A DNA stretch of 64,000 nucleotides from Diadema antillarum (lineage: Eukaryota), in NCBI RefSeq assembly GCF_040938485.1, contig NW_027272280.1, positions 248,001-312,000 of the forward strand, written 5' to 3'. Below are positions 49,576 to 63,578 of the stretch, in pieces. The notes beneath the pieces were generated by a model, which ran no database searches, was not told where the DNA came from, and was given only the letters and a program-made list of their open reading frames with translations. Numbering within the stretch: position 1 is the first letter of the stretch; each line of letters begins with the position of its first letter. A program made the translations under genes and the position numbers.

Positions 49576-51806
49576 TGCTTGTCTGACGCTGATCCGCCTT
49601 GAAGACTGAATTTTGGAGAAAAAAGAAAGATCATGAGTGACCAGATACATCAATTCTTCCTGTGTGTAGCCACATCTTTGTCTGGAAAATAATCAAATGG
49701 AAGGTGCATCTCACATTCCCTCATCAGTTTCCTTTCTTGCCTTGAACTCTCGTAAGAATATGAACTACGATTCTCTAAGTTTCCTTAGCTCAGGGAAATG
49801 TTTGATGTAATACCTAATTTGATACACTGTATGACAGTATTCATTATTGGATTAAATCACTTCCATTTGTTGAGCTGTTAGCGTATTTTGCTCTTCTTCA
49901 TCAGTTTCGATGTGATGACAAAACAAGAGGATACTAATGTAACACGCTCTTGTTCCATGCTATCTTCATTTTACTGTTATACAGTCACATCTAATGTTGC
50001 TGCATTGTTCCGAGCGACAAAGGTCACAAGTGGGAAAAAAATGTGTACAGTGGGGAAACATATGAAAGAAAAAAAATGCTTGCACAAAAAAAAATTGTCT
50101 TCTTTATGTCTTTTGATTTGCCCTTTAATGAATGCTGCCAACCAGACAATAAGTAATGAATTTGTGATGAATAATCATGTTGATTAAAGATTGACGAAAT
50201 TAGAACAGAGGGGCTATTTACTGCGGTTTTGAGAGGATCACTGGTGGAAGCATGATGGCCAGAGCTGATTTGATAGTGTAAGATTGGATTTGGAAAAAAG
50301 ACATGCAGAAATGTTTTCTTGTGATATAAACCATGAAATCCACCTATTTTAATTTTTTTTAAGAGCAAAAATATAGAAATTGAAACAAAATTTATGGACA
50401 AGATGTAGACTTGTCCTTAACTTGTTCCCTACAATGTAATGGCCCAGCAGCGATTGCTGTAGTGATTTGTTTTGATTTGTTTTGTTTTTTCATGCAGCTG
50501 TACATCTATTTCTTATTCAATTTTCAATTTGTTTAAACTTTTACAAATTTAACATGAAATACAGGTAGCTCAAAATGAGAAAGTTGTTTTCCTGTAATAT
50601 CAGAGCTTAAACAAAGATAATGTATAATGAAACTCTTTCCTGCTGTGTGAAATCTCCAGATATGTCTGCATTTTTATGCATTGTGGCAGGTCATCAGTGA
50701 TCAGTCAATGAGGAAAAGATTTTCAGACAAAAACTTTCTAATTGCTCATGTTTATTTCACCCCAGACAGACCTTACCACTCTTTACAGAGTGGTGAAAAT
50801 GGTAGCATTTGCATTTTGATACGGAGCTTCCTCCTTTTCTTTCAAAAATGTATTAACTACTAGTTAGTATTTGATTCTTGACAACTCAGCTGTCTTATGT
50901 ATTTAAGAGTCTTCATTTTTAAAGCGGATTATTTACAAAGTGTTTATGTAAATTATAGACCATTTTAAACATGTTGCTTTATACTCATTCAAAGTCATAA
51001 GAAGTTGCCACAGACCACTTCAAGAGTTGGGGAAAAAATGAATAATTCAGTGCCTTATGAAGTAGGTGCTGTAGGGAGTGACTATAATTTGCCAAAGTTT
51101 GCGTTGCTGCATTAGCTGTAAGTGTCATATTCCCTCTCCCAGCGAGTATGTACAATGTACATACCCCAATCTCATGCATGTATTTGTAAAATTTGCACAA
51201 GCAAACACACTAGTCAATGACTCATCAAAGTCCAGGGGTCTGTTTCATGAAAGTCTTGTGAGACTTTTCGCTCGTAAGACACACTCGTATGAGAGACTTC
51301 ATGAAATAGATTTTACATCTTTTTTGAAAGTCTCCCATAGCTACATACATGTTTGAGCAACTTTGGCCATTCTGAGATTTATGTAGACTTTTATGAGATG
51401 ATTTCATGAAATGGACCCCTTGTCTTGTCCATGGCCGACAGATAAACCATGGAGTTGTAGCTGCATCAGGGGTGTAATCTTATGTGTTGTTGCAATTAAC
51501 CCGGTCAGTACGGAAATAATTTGCACAGGGATGGCTTTACAGGAGAATTTACTCTAGTGTAGCTATGTGGTTGTGTGTCTCTTTCAGTGCATTCGAGTGC
51601 TCTGAAATGAACCAAAGCAAACCGAACTAAAGTGTACCGGACTGTACTGTGCCAGATTTGGAGCGTTTGAGCGCTCTGTGGAGAAAGCATACCTCTTGAG
51701 TTATTTTTAGAGGGAGTCACACATTTTGTAGCAAGAGGGTCATTCACCTTGTGCGCTTCAACTATTTACAGATGCCCCAAACAAAGAGAATGACCTCTTT
51801 GCACTA

Positions 51807-52005
51807 CTGTAAAAGTGGATATTTTCGCGTGACTAATTTTTCGCGCTTGGCCGGGTCGGAAGAGTTTTGCGTGTTTTAATTCCGCGGAATCAAGACATCA
51901 GGCACAGGCACATATGGCAAGCAAAAATATTCGTGTGCTTTTATTTTCGCGCTAGTTTCTGGTTGCGCGAAAATTTGAACACCGCGAAAATTTCCACTTT
52001 TACAG
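51807..52005. mobile_element. MITE, CTGTAAAAGTGGA TIR family (copy 2), TA TSD
   Basis: TA|ctgtaaaagtgga ... tccacttttacag|TA; homologous to 8572-8780. Confidence 0.82.
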
Positions 52006-52893
52006 TATGACATATGTGCATGATACGTGCGTTCTTCGCATGTGAACTTTTGGTATGCTTTTGGTACCCCTTTTGAGCATATGGGGAAGTGGTCCACTTG
52101 TGGCTCAGTTCAGTTTGGTACGGAACACTCTGGGAGCGTTAGAGCGCTCCTCTGGCACAGGTTCGGTATGGTTCAGTTCGCTTTAATAGCAGAGCACTCA
52201 AACACACCTTTTGAACCAAAGGTGATGTTAGCAAGTGTCGGCTGAATGGGCTGATTTTACCAGTTTTCTAGTCCACTCTAGTAGCAGTGATTCATGTTAT
52301 CAAATCATCCAGTCTCAGAAGTATTTCCTGCTTTTTAGGTTAAGGAGACTAGACACCCTTGTTGATTTGAACAATCGGCTTTTTCTGGCAACTTCTCAGA
52401 GGGAAAACAGCTTTCCTTACATGTTGCTTTATTGCGTGATGTCCATCCCAACTTTCGCACAAGATTTATAGCAGTGCTCAAAAAAAAATATATATATTTG
52501 TGAATCAATACATGTACTGTGTACACTCTATGTGTATTTATTATGAGCATTTCTATAAGTATATTACAGAAAATATGTAGATTAACTTATAGAACTATCT
52601 TGGCATACATTGTGAAGTGATGTTCTAGAATTCAAAGTGGCCCTCAAATTAAGGTCTTTAATGTATTACTATGTGCCAGTGCAGGATTACATGTTAATTC
52701 TTGAAGAGTCTTTCATTCTATAGTGTCTATTACATGTAGTGTGTTTAAACATGTTGTGCAAATTTGCTTTTAAAATTTTAATGTTCAGAGTTAATTACTT
52801 CAAAGTATGTAAATGACTGTGTGTTTACAGGTGATGTTGGAAAAATGTACTTAAGGTATACATTATACCAGAATCAAAGAGGTTAATTTATTG

Positions 52894-53385
52894 CAGAGAC
52901 TCCAACCGCAAGCACCTTCTGATCTGGAGATTCTCCCGCCTGAAACCCAGGGTTCGAAATTGGCAATGGTCCGCTGGCCATTGGCCACCCAAAATCACGT
53001 CGGACTAGCTAAAAATCATAAAATTCTGAGGTTACTAGTCCGTCTGGCTAGCCAAAAAATCGCTTCAGTATCAAAATTGATTCTAAGTAGTCCGCCTGGC
53101 TAGTTTAAAAAAAAGTTAAGTGCGACCCCTGAAACCCCTAGCAAACGGGAGACTCCAAGTTTATGTGTGCGAAGCACGAAGTTCCTAGGGTTATAGATGC
53201 TCTCTGGTGCTATCTAAGGCTTATTTTTGCTACATACGATAGCAATAAGTAAGAAATCCTTTCCAACGGGAGACATTGAGCCAGGGCGGGAGAAATTAAA
53301 TCTCATATGGGAGAATGGGAGATTTTGCGAAAATGGGGTTTCGGCGGGAGATCTCCCGTCGAAAAGGGGAGAGTTGGAGTCTCTG
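52894..53385. mobile_element. hAT-like MITE (6-bp TSD) with a nested 184-bp MITE (52948-53131, 5-bp TSD)
   Basis: Outer: TTATTG|cagagactccaac...gttggagtctctg|TTATTG (perfect 13-bp TIR). Inner: AAACC|caggg...ccctg|AAACC. Confidence 0.65.
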
Positions 53386-53647
53386 TTATTGTCTGATAGG
53401 ACAGTTTATCTGTCAACATCATTTTGCAAGTGCATGTACACTTTTTTTCTTCTTTTTTTCAGGACCATTTCTGTTACAGCATACAACAGTAGGTGCAGGA
53501 TGTCATTGGTTTTCATGGTAGCAAACTACACTGTAGCACTAAAATACTTTGAGAGATGAAGGATAGTTTGCAAACCAGAGTCACTTGCTGACAAAGCATA
53601 CACAAAAGGCATGTTTGGGTACATTAAAGGGTGTTAGGGTACATTAA

Positions 53648-54604
53648 AGGGAACCCTTACCCAAAGAGAACATAAAGAAAATATAAAGAAAATTCCACAA
53701 AAATTCACTTTTCTAGCATTATGAAAGAGTACTTGACTAACCGCTTTCAGAAAGCAGGGGGAAAAGAATTGCTACCCTATATGTCAGTATCAAGTTGATG
53801 GAATGTGTAATTTTCATGAAAAATGTATTTTTGTGGAATTCCCTTTATATTGTTGTCCACTTATACGTCATAACCTCTAGTAGTCTCCTCATCCAGCGGT
53901 TCCAACACCAGAACTTTAAAAAGTTATAACTTTTGCATCGATTGTCCGATTTTCCTCAAACTTTCACTGATGTGTTCTACTAATGTTGCTGCTTTCACTC
54001 AATCCACATCGCTCTTTGGGTTTGGGTTCCCTTTAAAGGACAAGTTCACCTTCATAAACATAAGGATTGAGAGAATGCAACAATATTAGTAGAACACATC
54101 AGAGAAAGTTTGAGGAAAATTGGACAATCGATGCAAAAGTTATGAATTTTTAAAATTTTTGTGTTGGAACCGCTGATTGAGGAGACTACTACAGCTTGTG
54201 AGTCATATGCGTACAACAGTATAAAGAAAATGTAAAAGAAAATTCAACATATTTTCACTTTTTTCGCATAATAAAAGAGCTCTTGACTTGCCTCTTTCTA
54301 AAGGCAGGGGGAATAATATTACCCATAACATTTGTCGGTAACGAGTCAGGGGAATGTGTACTTTTTTCAAAAGATGGCATTTTGTGAAATTCTCTTTATA
54401 TTTTCCTTATATTGTTGTACGCATGTGACATCTAAGTTATTCAACACTGCAGTAGTCTTCTCATCCAGCGGTTACTGCACAAAAACTTCAAAAATTCATA
54501 ACTTTTGAACGGATTGTCTGATTTTCCTCAAACTTTCAATGATGTGTTCTACTAATATTGCTACATTCCCTCAATCCTTATGTTTATGAAGGTGAACTTG
54601 TCCT
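53648..54604. mobile_element. Two abutting Kolobok-like MITEs (53648-54032 and 54037-54604) sharing one TTAA
   Basis: TTAA|agggaaccc...gggttccct|TTAA|aggacaagttcacc...ggtgaacttgtcct|TTAA. Confidence 0.8.
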
Positions 54605-55032
54605 TTAATAACCACATACTTACAAACTCTCAAGTTAAGTAAACCTTGAAATTGTACCAATTTTGGAAAATGTATACAATATGGATTCCCATCATGTTTG
54701 CTTGTCTTTTGCTTAGTTAAGCATAATGTAACTTTTGACAGATTATATTTGTTTGTTTTGTCGTTTACCTTCGGTATACATGGTACTAAAAGCAGTATAG
54801 ATTCTGACATGCTTATATTGTGGCCATAACACATCTATATCCTGGTTTTTGGAAACATGCTTGTAGTGCTCTTGCATATGAATAAAATTCATCAATTCTA
54901 TTGACCGTAACAGCAAGTTTCTATGCAGGTATTTGGTGCACATGCAAGTGTACAATGTATTAGAATGTCAAGTGCAACACCATGTGCGAGCCTTCCATGT
55001 TACACCTAATAAGAGCCATATCAGCATATAAA

Positions 55033-55057
55033 CTCACATCACCACTGCGCACTCACA

Positions 55058-55096
<39 letters not shown>
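55033..55096. repeat. (CA)n microsatellite
   Basis: About 30 CA units, slightly interrupted. Confidence 0.9.
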
Positions 55097-55118
<22 letters not shown>

Positions 55119-56193
55119 CCCATTGCATTTTACACTTTTTTCCCTGCTTAGATTAAATCACCCATCTTCACAAATCACAGATAAAAGACTGGCGTTTGTA
55201 TTTTCATATTATTATTATTATTTTTAATCATTTGAACCAATACATTTCTTCACTGTATCAGAAGTACATGTATATGATAGAGAACCTGAAAGTCATTCAT
55301 TGCCATACAATGTGATCAAAACTTCTTCTTCTTTTTTTTTTTGGGGGGGGGGGCAAATTGGAAAGTGAATATTCAGCTTTTGAAGTTACAAATAACATTC
55401 ACTGGACCATCCTAAACAGTTATTTTGGATCAAGATGATCACTTCCCTCAAGTGGAAGTGTCAGTAGCTTGGATGAGCAGTAGACTAGATAGAAAATGCG
55501 GGAATGAGGACATGTACAAGTGTACATGAAAAAGCACACATAACTCTTATTGCCGACATCACAAATACCTTTTCAACTTTGTTTCCACAGAGAATATCCC
55601 ATAACAAATCACACTTGGAGATCTCTGAGTAGATGGTATATCCACATAGCATACAACTTCTGGTATACATGTGTACAAGATTTCTGATGTGGTTACACAT
55701 TTCCATTTTAGCGTGTTGTTGGTGGGTGACTAAACTTGGCTCAACATTAATGTGATCCTGTGGTGCTTTCCTGCATTGCAGATTGGAAATTAACTTGTCC
55801 TTCTGTCCTGACATTACGAGAGGGCATTCTGAGCAGTTTTCAAGACAAAACCATTGAATGTATGTTTCATTCATATAGGCAGCTGACATTATTGTTACGT
55901 CCATGTCACACTTGAAAAAATATACACAACATAAATCAAAAATTCGTTAAATCCACATGAAGTCGTATGAGTGTTCCTACACAATCATCGCAAGAAGGCT
56001 ATGGTGAATTCTTCCAAGCCTCCACGCAAGCGCAAATGTCATGCTCAAGATGTGCAAACATGGAATTATTCTACGAGCAGCAGATGGCTTATGAAACACT
56101 ACTCCCCTCACACGCTCACACTTCCTTGGGTATGACATCATTTCGGGTGTACAGGCAAATTGCAAAAATCTCCGCTGGCAGTCCTGTTGCTCA

Positions 56194-58278
56194 TTAGTTG
56201 TACATCTCATATGTGTATTGCTCTGTGTGGGTCGCATCAAAGGACACCGATATGGAGTCAATCTCCAGCGCAAACTCCCCGTCAACAGCGTCAGCCATTG
56301 TCAGGCCGACGGCAGTGACCGACTCAAGGTCAGGAGGAGTCTGCTTGTCCTGCACACGGCCTTTACTGGACATGAAGAACTTGGTGAAGGGTATCTGAGG
56401 CAGAAAGAAGGGGAACAGGTTGCATACAAATACTCTATGAGACTCTAATACACAAATACATTTATATTTGTACAGTGGACTAGCTACAATGAAGAAAACT
56501 GATATTAAAACAAACTTCTTCAAACCATCTTCTCTTGCCCCCATAATATTCTAAAGTTTCTTTGCATTCTATTGTTTAGCAAACCAAGACATAACAAAAT
56601 ATGGAGTTATCAAAATAATTTCACTAATTGATCCAAACGAGTTTGTTTTCACAAGACTCCACTGCACATTAAATGAATCTAGGGTTATATACCTCATAGT
56701 TGACACTTAATTATCATTAAGGAGAAGGCTAAAAAAGAAAGAGGAATTATGTAATAAATAAAATACAATGCAGAAGGTGCAACCTTTCTCCAAGGGCTCT
56801 GCAGAACATGGACAAATGCCAAGACTGAATATGTGAATGACACAATGGCATCTAAAGTGATCTCTCGGAAATTGTTGTCTCAGGTGAGATGACTGAAATT
56901 ATTTGCATACTGCTCATGAATTTGTTCTATGATGGATGACTTCCCCTTGTCCCATTTTGCTCAAATCTGCACATCCTTATCTCTGCAATGCCACTGAAAT
57001 CATTAAAAAGTTTTCTGACCGAGGGAATTTCTCCTAACGGCAGAAGCAAAGGAGTGAATGGAACCTTCTTATGTGGCACAAACTTTGAAATTTTAGCTAA
57101 AGCCCGATGTCTTTCCAATGAGACGGGATGAGTAATTTCTCTTACCGAAACATCCTGCCAGTACGGGCCGCCCCTTGTGAACATGAAGTAGCTCCAAACG
57201 TCATCATGCGTGTCCGTGAAATAACCCTTGATTATAAGATTCACCATATACGCCCGACCATCGCCCCTGACCCTCATCCGCAACACGTTGAATGGAGACA
57301 GATCAAACGAAAGCTTTCTGTTGAAGGACCCCTGAAGCAGACCAAAAAAAAAAATTGATATTTCCAGCAAAGGGCAAACTGAAAGGGAATACAATAATTC
57401 CCTCAGCAGACTGCAAAGTATAACAGCAATTTGTGAAATCCACAACATCTACTTACAAGTTCATCTTCCTTGGAAGATTAGGGGGAGGGGGGAGCTGATA
57501 TCACCTGTTAATGTCACTTGCCATCATAATCAAATCCTGTAGCTAATCTCCATCGTCTTCTGCAAATAGATATTTACTGAATTACACATTAACTGTACTT
57601 TGTATACATGTGTACTGTATGACAATCATGTTGTATTCTGACAGGAATATAACTGTACGAACAGAAAATAAACATTTATGAGATAAGAGAAAGAAACGAA
57701 AATTTGGGGAATGAATGACATATAGAGGTTTTACACTACATACCTATCAAATTATCACTGTACATCAAATGATATAGAGAGAATGACTCTGACGGGCAGA
57801 ATCTACTCACATAGACCTGCTTTGATCGAATAGCGCAGTAACCACTTCTCGCAGTTTCTCCGTCACGGGGTACCTCGGTACACAGGTTACCATGGAAGAG
57901 CAGTTTGTTGTTCCGGCTGACAGACAGGGCTGCCGTGCTCCTGCCTCCAATATCCTTGTCCGTTTGCACTGAGAAATCGTCCACGCTCTCCGGGCCGCGA
58001 AAGTGCCACAGCACTCGATTCTGGTCGAACATGGTATCAAGGTTTGGGCTGCGTAGCTTCGTCATCATCTCCTCCCCCCACATCTTCACATTCCGATTGA
58101 AGTACTTGAGTAAACTCTCCCTACGCCGTGTACTTTGGCCATCTCTGCCATCCGAACCTGTGCTGCTCAACCTGCAACACCCAGCACAGACGGGAGGGGT
58201 TCTTTCCCAAAGTTCTAGTGTTCTTCTCCCGAATAAGTGTCTGACAAGGGCAGGGCACTTTCGTTGTAGTAGAGCCAT
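56194..58278 (-). CDS. NDUFAF1: Complex I intermediate-associated protein 30 (CIA30)
   Basis: Exons 58278-57811, 57331-57146 and 56394-56194, all phase 0. Motifs: TDKDIGGRS, FHGNLCTEVPRDGETARSGY, LRMRVRGDGRAYMVN, YFMFTRGGPYWQ, IPFTKFF, DGEFALEIDSI. Confidence 0.94.
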
Positions 58279-59529
58279 GGTGCACAGTTCTAGGTAGATC
58301 TCCACATAAATCCTATATCAACAATACCGTGTGCTTGATTAAACTCCTCTGCTCTGGATGATTACAGTGCAGTCATTTGTACATTCAGATTCTATGACAA
58401 CGTCATGCACTGCTCACCAATGCACTTTGACTTTTGTATGCATTCTTCTTCCTGCTGCATTGTGAGCATTTCTTAAACCTGCAAATAAGAAAATGAAAAA
58501 GGAGTAAGGAAAAAAAAAAAGATGAAGCTTGGCCCTGGAGGGGGAAGAACTAAAAGGGTATAGATTTAAAACTTAATACAAAACATTCACTCATTAATTT
58601 TAACCAGTAACTTTATATTAAACATACGTTTGCCCAACCAGACGCCGTGCGCCAGCACCGACACTTGTGTACAGCGATGCTAGGGCTGTGTATAGTTAAA
58701 TATACAATGTACATATATTGTTCAGACAGAAAATTTGTCTGTCCTCTGCTTAAAAAAATAACTTTTTGACTTTATGGCCCTCCTTTGATAGGAAAGAGGG
58801 GATCCTGTGAAAGCCAGATATAGTCTCTGTGGAGCACATCCTTGACTTCAACAAGATAAAGACCCGATCTTTCTGTCAGGGTATTGTACCGGTATATGAA
58901 AAATTCACTCTGTATCATACAATCACACAAATTAAACTAGTAGTAGTAATATGTTGTAATAGATTGTACAAAATGTATTCTTTAGACTTTATACCTCTTT
59001 TTAATTTCATCTTATTTAACCTGCAACAACATACATGTAGGGTCATGTTACATTTTTATTTTCACCATATGTTCAGACATGCATTATTTGCATACTAGAT
59101 CTAATTGTTAAACACTGTTGCAAACTTGTTTATGTTACTAAATGTTATTTGTTAGACTTGTTTAATCCAACTACCACGGGTACCATGTAAATTAATGATG
59201 TAATTTACGTTTGTAATGTGTAAAACCATGAGAGTATCCTGAAAGACAACCCCGAGCAAACCAAACTATAATCACATAGCCCATTACTAACGTTGGTGTC
59301 AAGCTGGAGGAGAAAGAGGAAATCCAAATAAATTTTGATACAGTAATGTCAGTAAGATAGGACCCTAGACACCGCACCTGTCCCTGGTAGTAACGTTTAG
59401 TAAACAAACAACGTTTAGAACTTAGATAGAAGAGGAATCTTCATCCAGAAAGGTTTTTGAGGAAGAATTTTCATCATTGCTCCCCCTCTGTTAAATTGTA
59501 CTGTACTGAAATCTCTGGAAATACTTACC

Positions 59530-59900
59530 AATCACTCAGATCTCGCTCTATATTACGAACATTTTCCCGTGTACATTTTCCAGCAATATTTTACACGCGT
59601 CGCGAAATGGTATGACTATTACAGTTTACCTAGCACAGAGCTGAGGGCAGCACACGGCTCATGCGATGTCATCTGCCATGCACGTTGCTTCTGCGCTCGC
59701 GCGCCGATCGCTCATTTTGTGTGCGTGTTACGTGTGTACGTGTACGTAAAATTTACTGCTGTTGCGTTACACGCTGATTGTGCAATGGCGACGATGACAA
59801 GGAATCGCTACTCAGCTTCCAATGTTCGCTCATTTTTCTTCATTTTTCAGCTTTTTTCTTCCTAACTGTGGTCAACCATTATAATTATGGCGACTTAGGT
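59530..59900. promoter_or_regulatory. Probable CpG-rich bidirectional promoter, NDUFAF1 / EIF1AD
   Basis: The genes diverge. There is a minus-strand donor (g|gtaagt) near 59528, local CpG enrichment and YY1-like ATGGCG motifs. No transcript evidence. Confidence 0.5.
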
Positions 59901-60283
59901 TCCAGCAGTCGGCGGAGTGTCTTCTGAGAGAAGTGAAAGGAAAGTGTAATTCGCCGAACTGTCTCGATACGATAAGCAGAAACGTCAACTTCAGTGTGTG
60001 ACAATTCAACCAACATTACAGGAAAAGCAATATTGTGGGACTACGAGATCGAATAGCTACAGGGCAGTCTTTCCAGCCAGCTAGTCTGTGCCGCACGCTC
60101 TGTCTGACATCTGATGATCTGTGTCGTGTGTCTGGTCTGTTTCGCTGCTCCATCCTTATAATACGCAATCCCTTTTCCCAACGTTCGGTATCTTTCCAGC
60201 TTGACCTTCATTTATTTTTTCCTCGCTCGGTGACCAGGAGACAAGTAACGTATCCTAGAATAGAAGTAAGATCTACTTTCATC

Positions 60284-63200
60284 ATGTCAAAAGCTACAAA
60301 GCGGAAACACGTCACGCGGGAAGTGTTAGAAGATTACATTTTACCAGAGGAGAATCAGCAAATCTTAAAGGTTGGTCATTTAAAGTTACCTTGGAATATT
60401 TTAAACTCTTATCAAAAGTTGTGACGCTAGGTGTAGTAGTGTTGCTTATTGCTATAAAATAGGTGTCTATATTCTTACATGTATTTCGGGTAAATTACAG
60501 AATACCGGCAACCAATCACGGAGAGCGCAAATCTCTCTGAAAAGAGCGTAGAATGTAGAACGTAGAATTACGCTTGCCGATAGCAACCATCTGAAATATC
60601 AAAATCCAATCTGTGATACGGTCCATGATTCGGCTGTCGACAATTGCATTTCAGTTCGGGAAACCCACTCACAAGGGGGGCCCCTCCTTATAAGTAACCC
60701 GTCCCCCTTATAAAGTAACCCCGTCCCCCTTATAAGTAACCCCCGGGGCACCCCTTATAAGGAGTCTCCACGCTTTTTTGCAATGCAACGCGAAAATGAA
60801 AGGACTGCGGCAATTCGCTTGACTATGTCCATAAAGCTTCACAAGTTTCCTAGTTACTCACGAATTTTGAGCAAAATCGGTTCGAGGCATCATATCTAAA
60901 ATCATGGATTTAAATGCGATGTCAAACGACCCATGCGAATGCTGAAATGCGAGCGATTACTGGCGTGAGTGCCGCCAGGCGCGGCGGCGCGGCAATGCTT
61001 GAGTGCAGACGTGGCGACTGAGTACGAAAGTCTCCGTACTCAGTCGCCACGTCTGCACTCAAGCATTGCCGCGCCGCCGCGCCTGGCAACACTCACGCCA
61101 GTAATCGCTCGCATTTCAGCATTCGCATGGGTCGTTTGACATCGCATTTAAATCCATGATTTTAGATATGATGCCTCAAACCGATTTTGCTCAAATTTCG
61201 TGAGTAACTAGGAAACTTGTGAAGCTTTATGGACATAATCAAGCGAATTGCCGCAGTCCTTTCATTTTCGCGTTGCATTGCAAAAAAGCGTGGAGACTCC
61301 TTATAAGGGGTGCCCCGGGGGTTACTTATAAGGGGGACGGGGTTACTTATAAGGGGGACGGGTTACTTATAAGGAGGGGCCCCCCTTGTGAGTGGGTTTC
61401 CCGAACTGATTTGTTTATGTGTTTTCTTTAATCTGTGGGATGAGAAGTAAATTTTTATGGTATCTTTAATATTCTTACATTGTTCTCGGGGGTTTCGGGT
61501 GTGTCCCCCGAATAATTAAAGTAGTTCTAGATCAACTAGAAAATGATGGCAATTTAGGTGAGACTGGAAAACGATCACTGCCTATCTAATTGCTGGTGCT
61601 AGAGCTTTACGCACTGTGTGGGTGCGTTTGACAGCCTGCCATGTTGACTCAATATACAGCATACGTGTACATGTACGTTGTGATCTGTACAATTACAATT
61701 AAGTAGAGTAAACATGCCATGATTCGGTCACTTAAGGGGCTATTAGTGATATCGGCCAAATTCTGAATGGTGTATGAAGTAATTTCTCGCTTATCTAGAA
61801 TGAAATATTGTACTTTATTCTTTTCTTATACTAAATTATTCTCATTCTTACAATATATTGGGATTTTGCGATTCCCGACAACCTCTTTTTAAGCCATGAT
61901 TCAGTCGCGCCTGCCTTTGTTCGGTCACGCGCGGTACCGTGATTCGGTCTGTACATTTCTGTGTAGTTTGTTAATACTTCTTGGAAAAAATAAGTAACCA
62001 AATTCCACGATCTCCTTCGCAAAATACTACTTTAACTAATGCTGATCTAAATTTGTAGGAACCTACTTTTGAAATGGGTAAAGACAACTGATTAGAAACA
62101 CTCACTAGTTACTTGTCTCGTACTTGTCTTCTCGTGCATGATCGTGTGTAACATGTTGCTAAACTAACCAAGTGATGGTGCACTTGCAATCCAAACGCGC
62201 GCTCACAAGTGGTCTGGTGGATCGCCTGACCGAATCATAGTCGAGCGCCCTCTTAAGGGCATGGGTTACCTTTTTTCAAATAGCTTCAACCACAGTCGGC
62301 CATTTGCAATCTAGCCGCAGTAGAGTGAAGACCAAAATCTTTGCTCTCTCATACATATGTAATTTTACGCAATTTACATAACAACTCACCACATGGTAGG
62401 TCTACCAAAGGCTCTATAAATTCTTAACTCGCCTGTTAATAAACCCCGGAAATGGCCTCTCAAGCGGTGAGAGGATGATTTTGCAGGCAGTTCTGGGGAA
62501 CAAAAAGGTATGTATACCCCTCTACCGTGGCGGTAATTTTAGTCAAGGACTTCAACATTCAAATAGCCCACTGAGACTTCTCATGTTTATTCATGAGTTT
62601 CTAGCGAGACTCAGATGCAGGCATGTGACTGAATCACGGAAGTGACCGAACGATGGGTCGTTTACTCTACATATGCGTATTGAGTCTGCACGCATGTTTA
62701 CTAGTGTACAGGCATAGTGGTTGAGCGCGCAATTGTCTCATGACAAAACGCGTATACGCCCTGCCTTGCCAAACTAGTGTAGTGTGATTGATCGTGAATG
62801 ACTTGTGTCGAAAAGAGATGAAGGAAGAAGGATGCCAGCTGTGATGACGTCATCACCTTTAAAGTAGTTCCGCCAAAATCGGCTCGATTTTATTTATCGA
62901 CGATTTACTGGAGTTATCTTGATTTAGAACAGTTTTCCTCCGAAACCACTCAGTTTTCCTCCGAAACCACTCAATTTTCTTTAAATTTGTGTGGTCAACC
63001 TACTTTTTGATGGCCGTTTTGTTCCCGGACTTTTTTGAGGCCGCAGACGACGGGAAAGACGAATTTCAGCCCTTTGCTTTGGGCTGAAATTCATCTCTAA
63101 GGAAGAGCCACCGGAGGCGGGGCCAAAGGCCCCACCTCCGGTGGCTCTTATACACACCAATATGCTAATTTATATGACGCAAAACCGGTTTTCTGTAATT

Positions 63201-63578
63201 TCCCCCTTATTTCATATCTTTAATCAAAAAGTGGTCTATGAGTACGGTCTAGTAGTATAGTACATAGGTCCACCTAAATTTATACATGTGTAGGCCCTAG
63301 AGAGTAGAATCTACAATTGCAGCATTTCATTTAAGGTATTATAGTAGGCTCTAATAAAATAGTATGAAACTTGATGGTATTGCAATACCATAGTCTTCAA
63401 CTATTTACATGAAAGCGTTTTAGTAAGTGTTCTTTTAATATGCAAATGATCGGTGTTTCTCAATCTCAGATACTCGGAGGGAGGGGGAACAACCTCCATG
63501 AGGCCCAGACTTCCTTGGGGGATAAATTCCTCATCAGCATGCCCACCAGATTCCGCAAAAATGTGTGGATCAAACGAG
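60284..63578 (+). CDS. EIF1AD: Probable RNA-binding protein EIF1AD, first two coding exons (gene continues beyond the window)
   Basis: Exons 60284-60370 (MSKATKRKHVTREVLEDYILPEENQQILK) and 63470-63578 (ILGGRGNNLHEAQTSLGDKFLISMPTRFRKNVWIKRG), canonical splice sites. Confidence 0.92.
60652..61408. mobile_element. 757-bp foldback element (near-perfect palindrome) with 4-bp ATTT TSD
   Basis: Arms 60652-61026 and 61035-61408, 8-nt loop aaagtctc, CAG..CTG termini, ATTT on both flanks, three subterminal cccttataagtaacccc repeats per arm. Confidence 0.9.
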
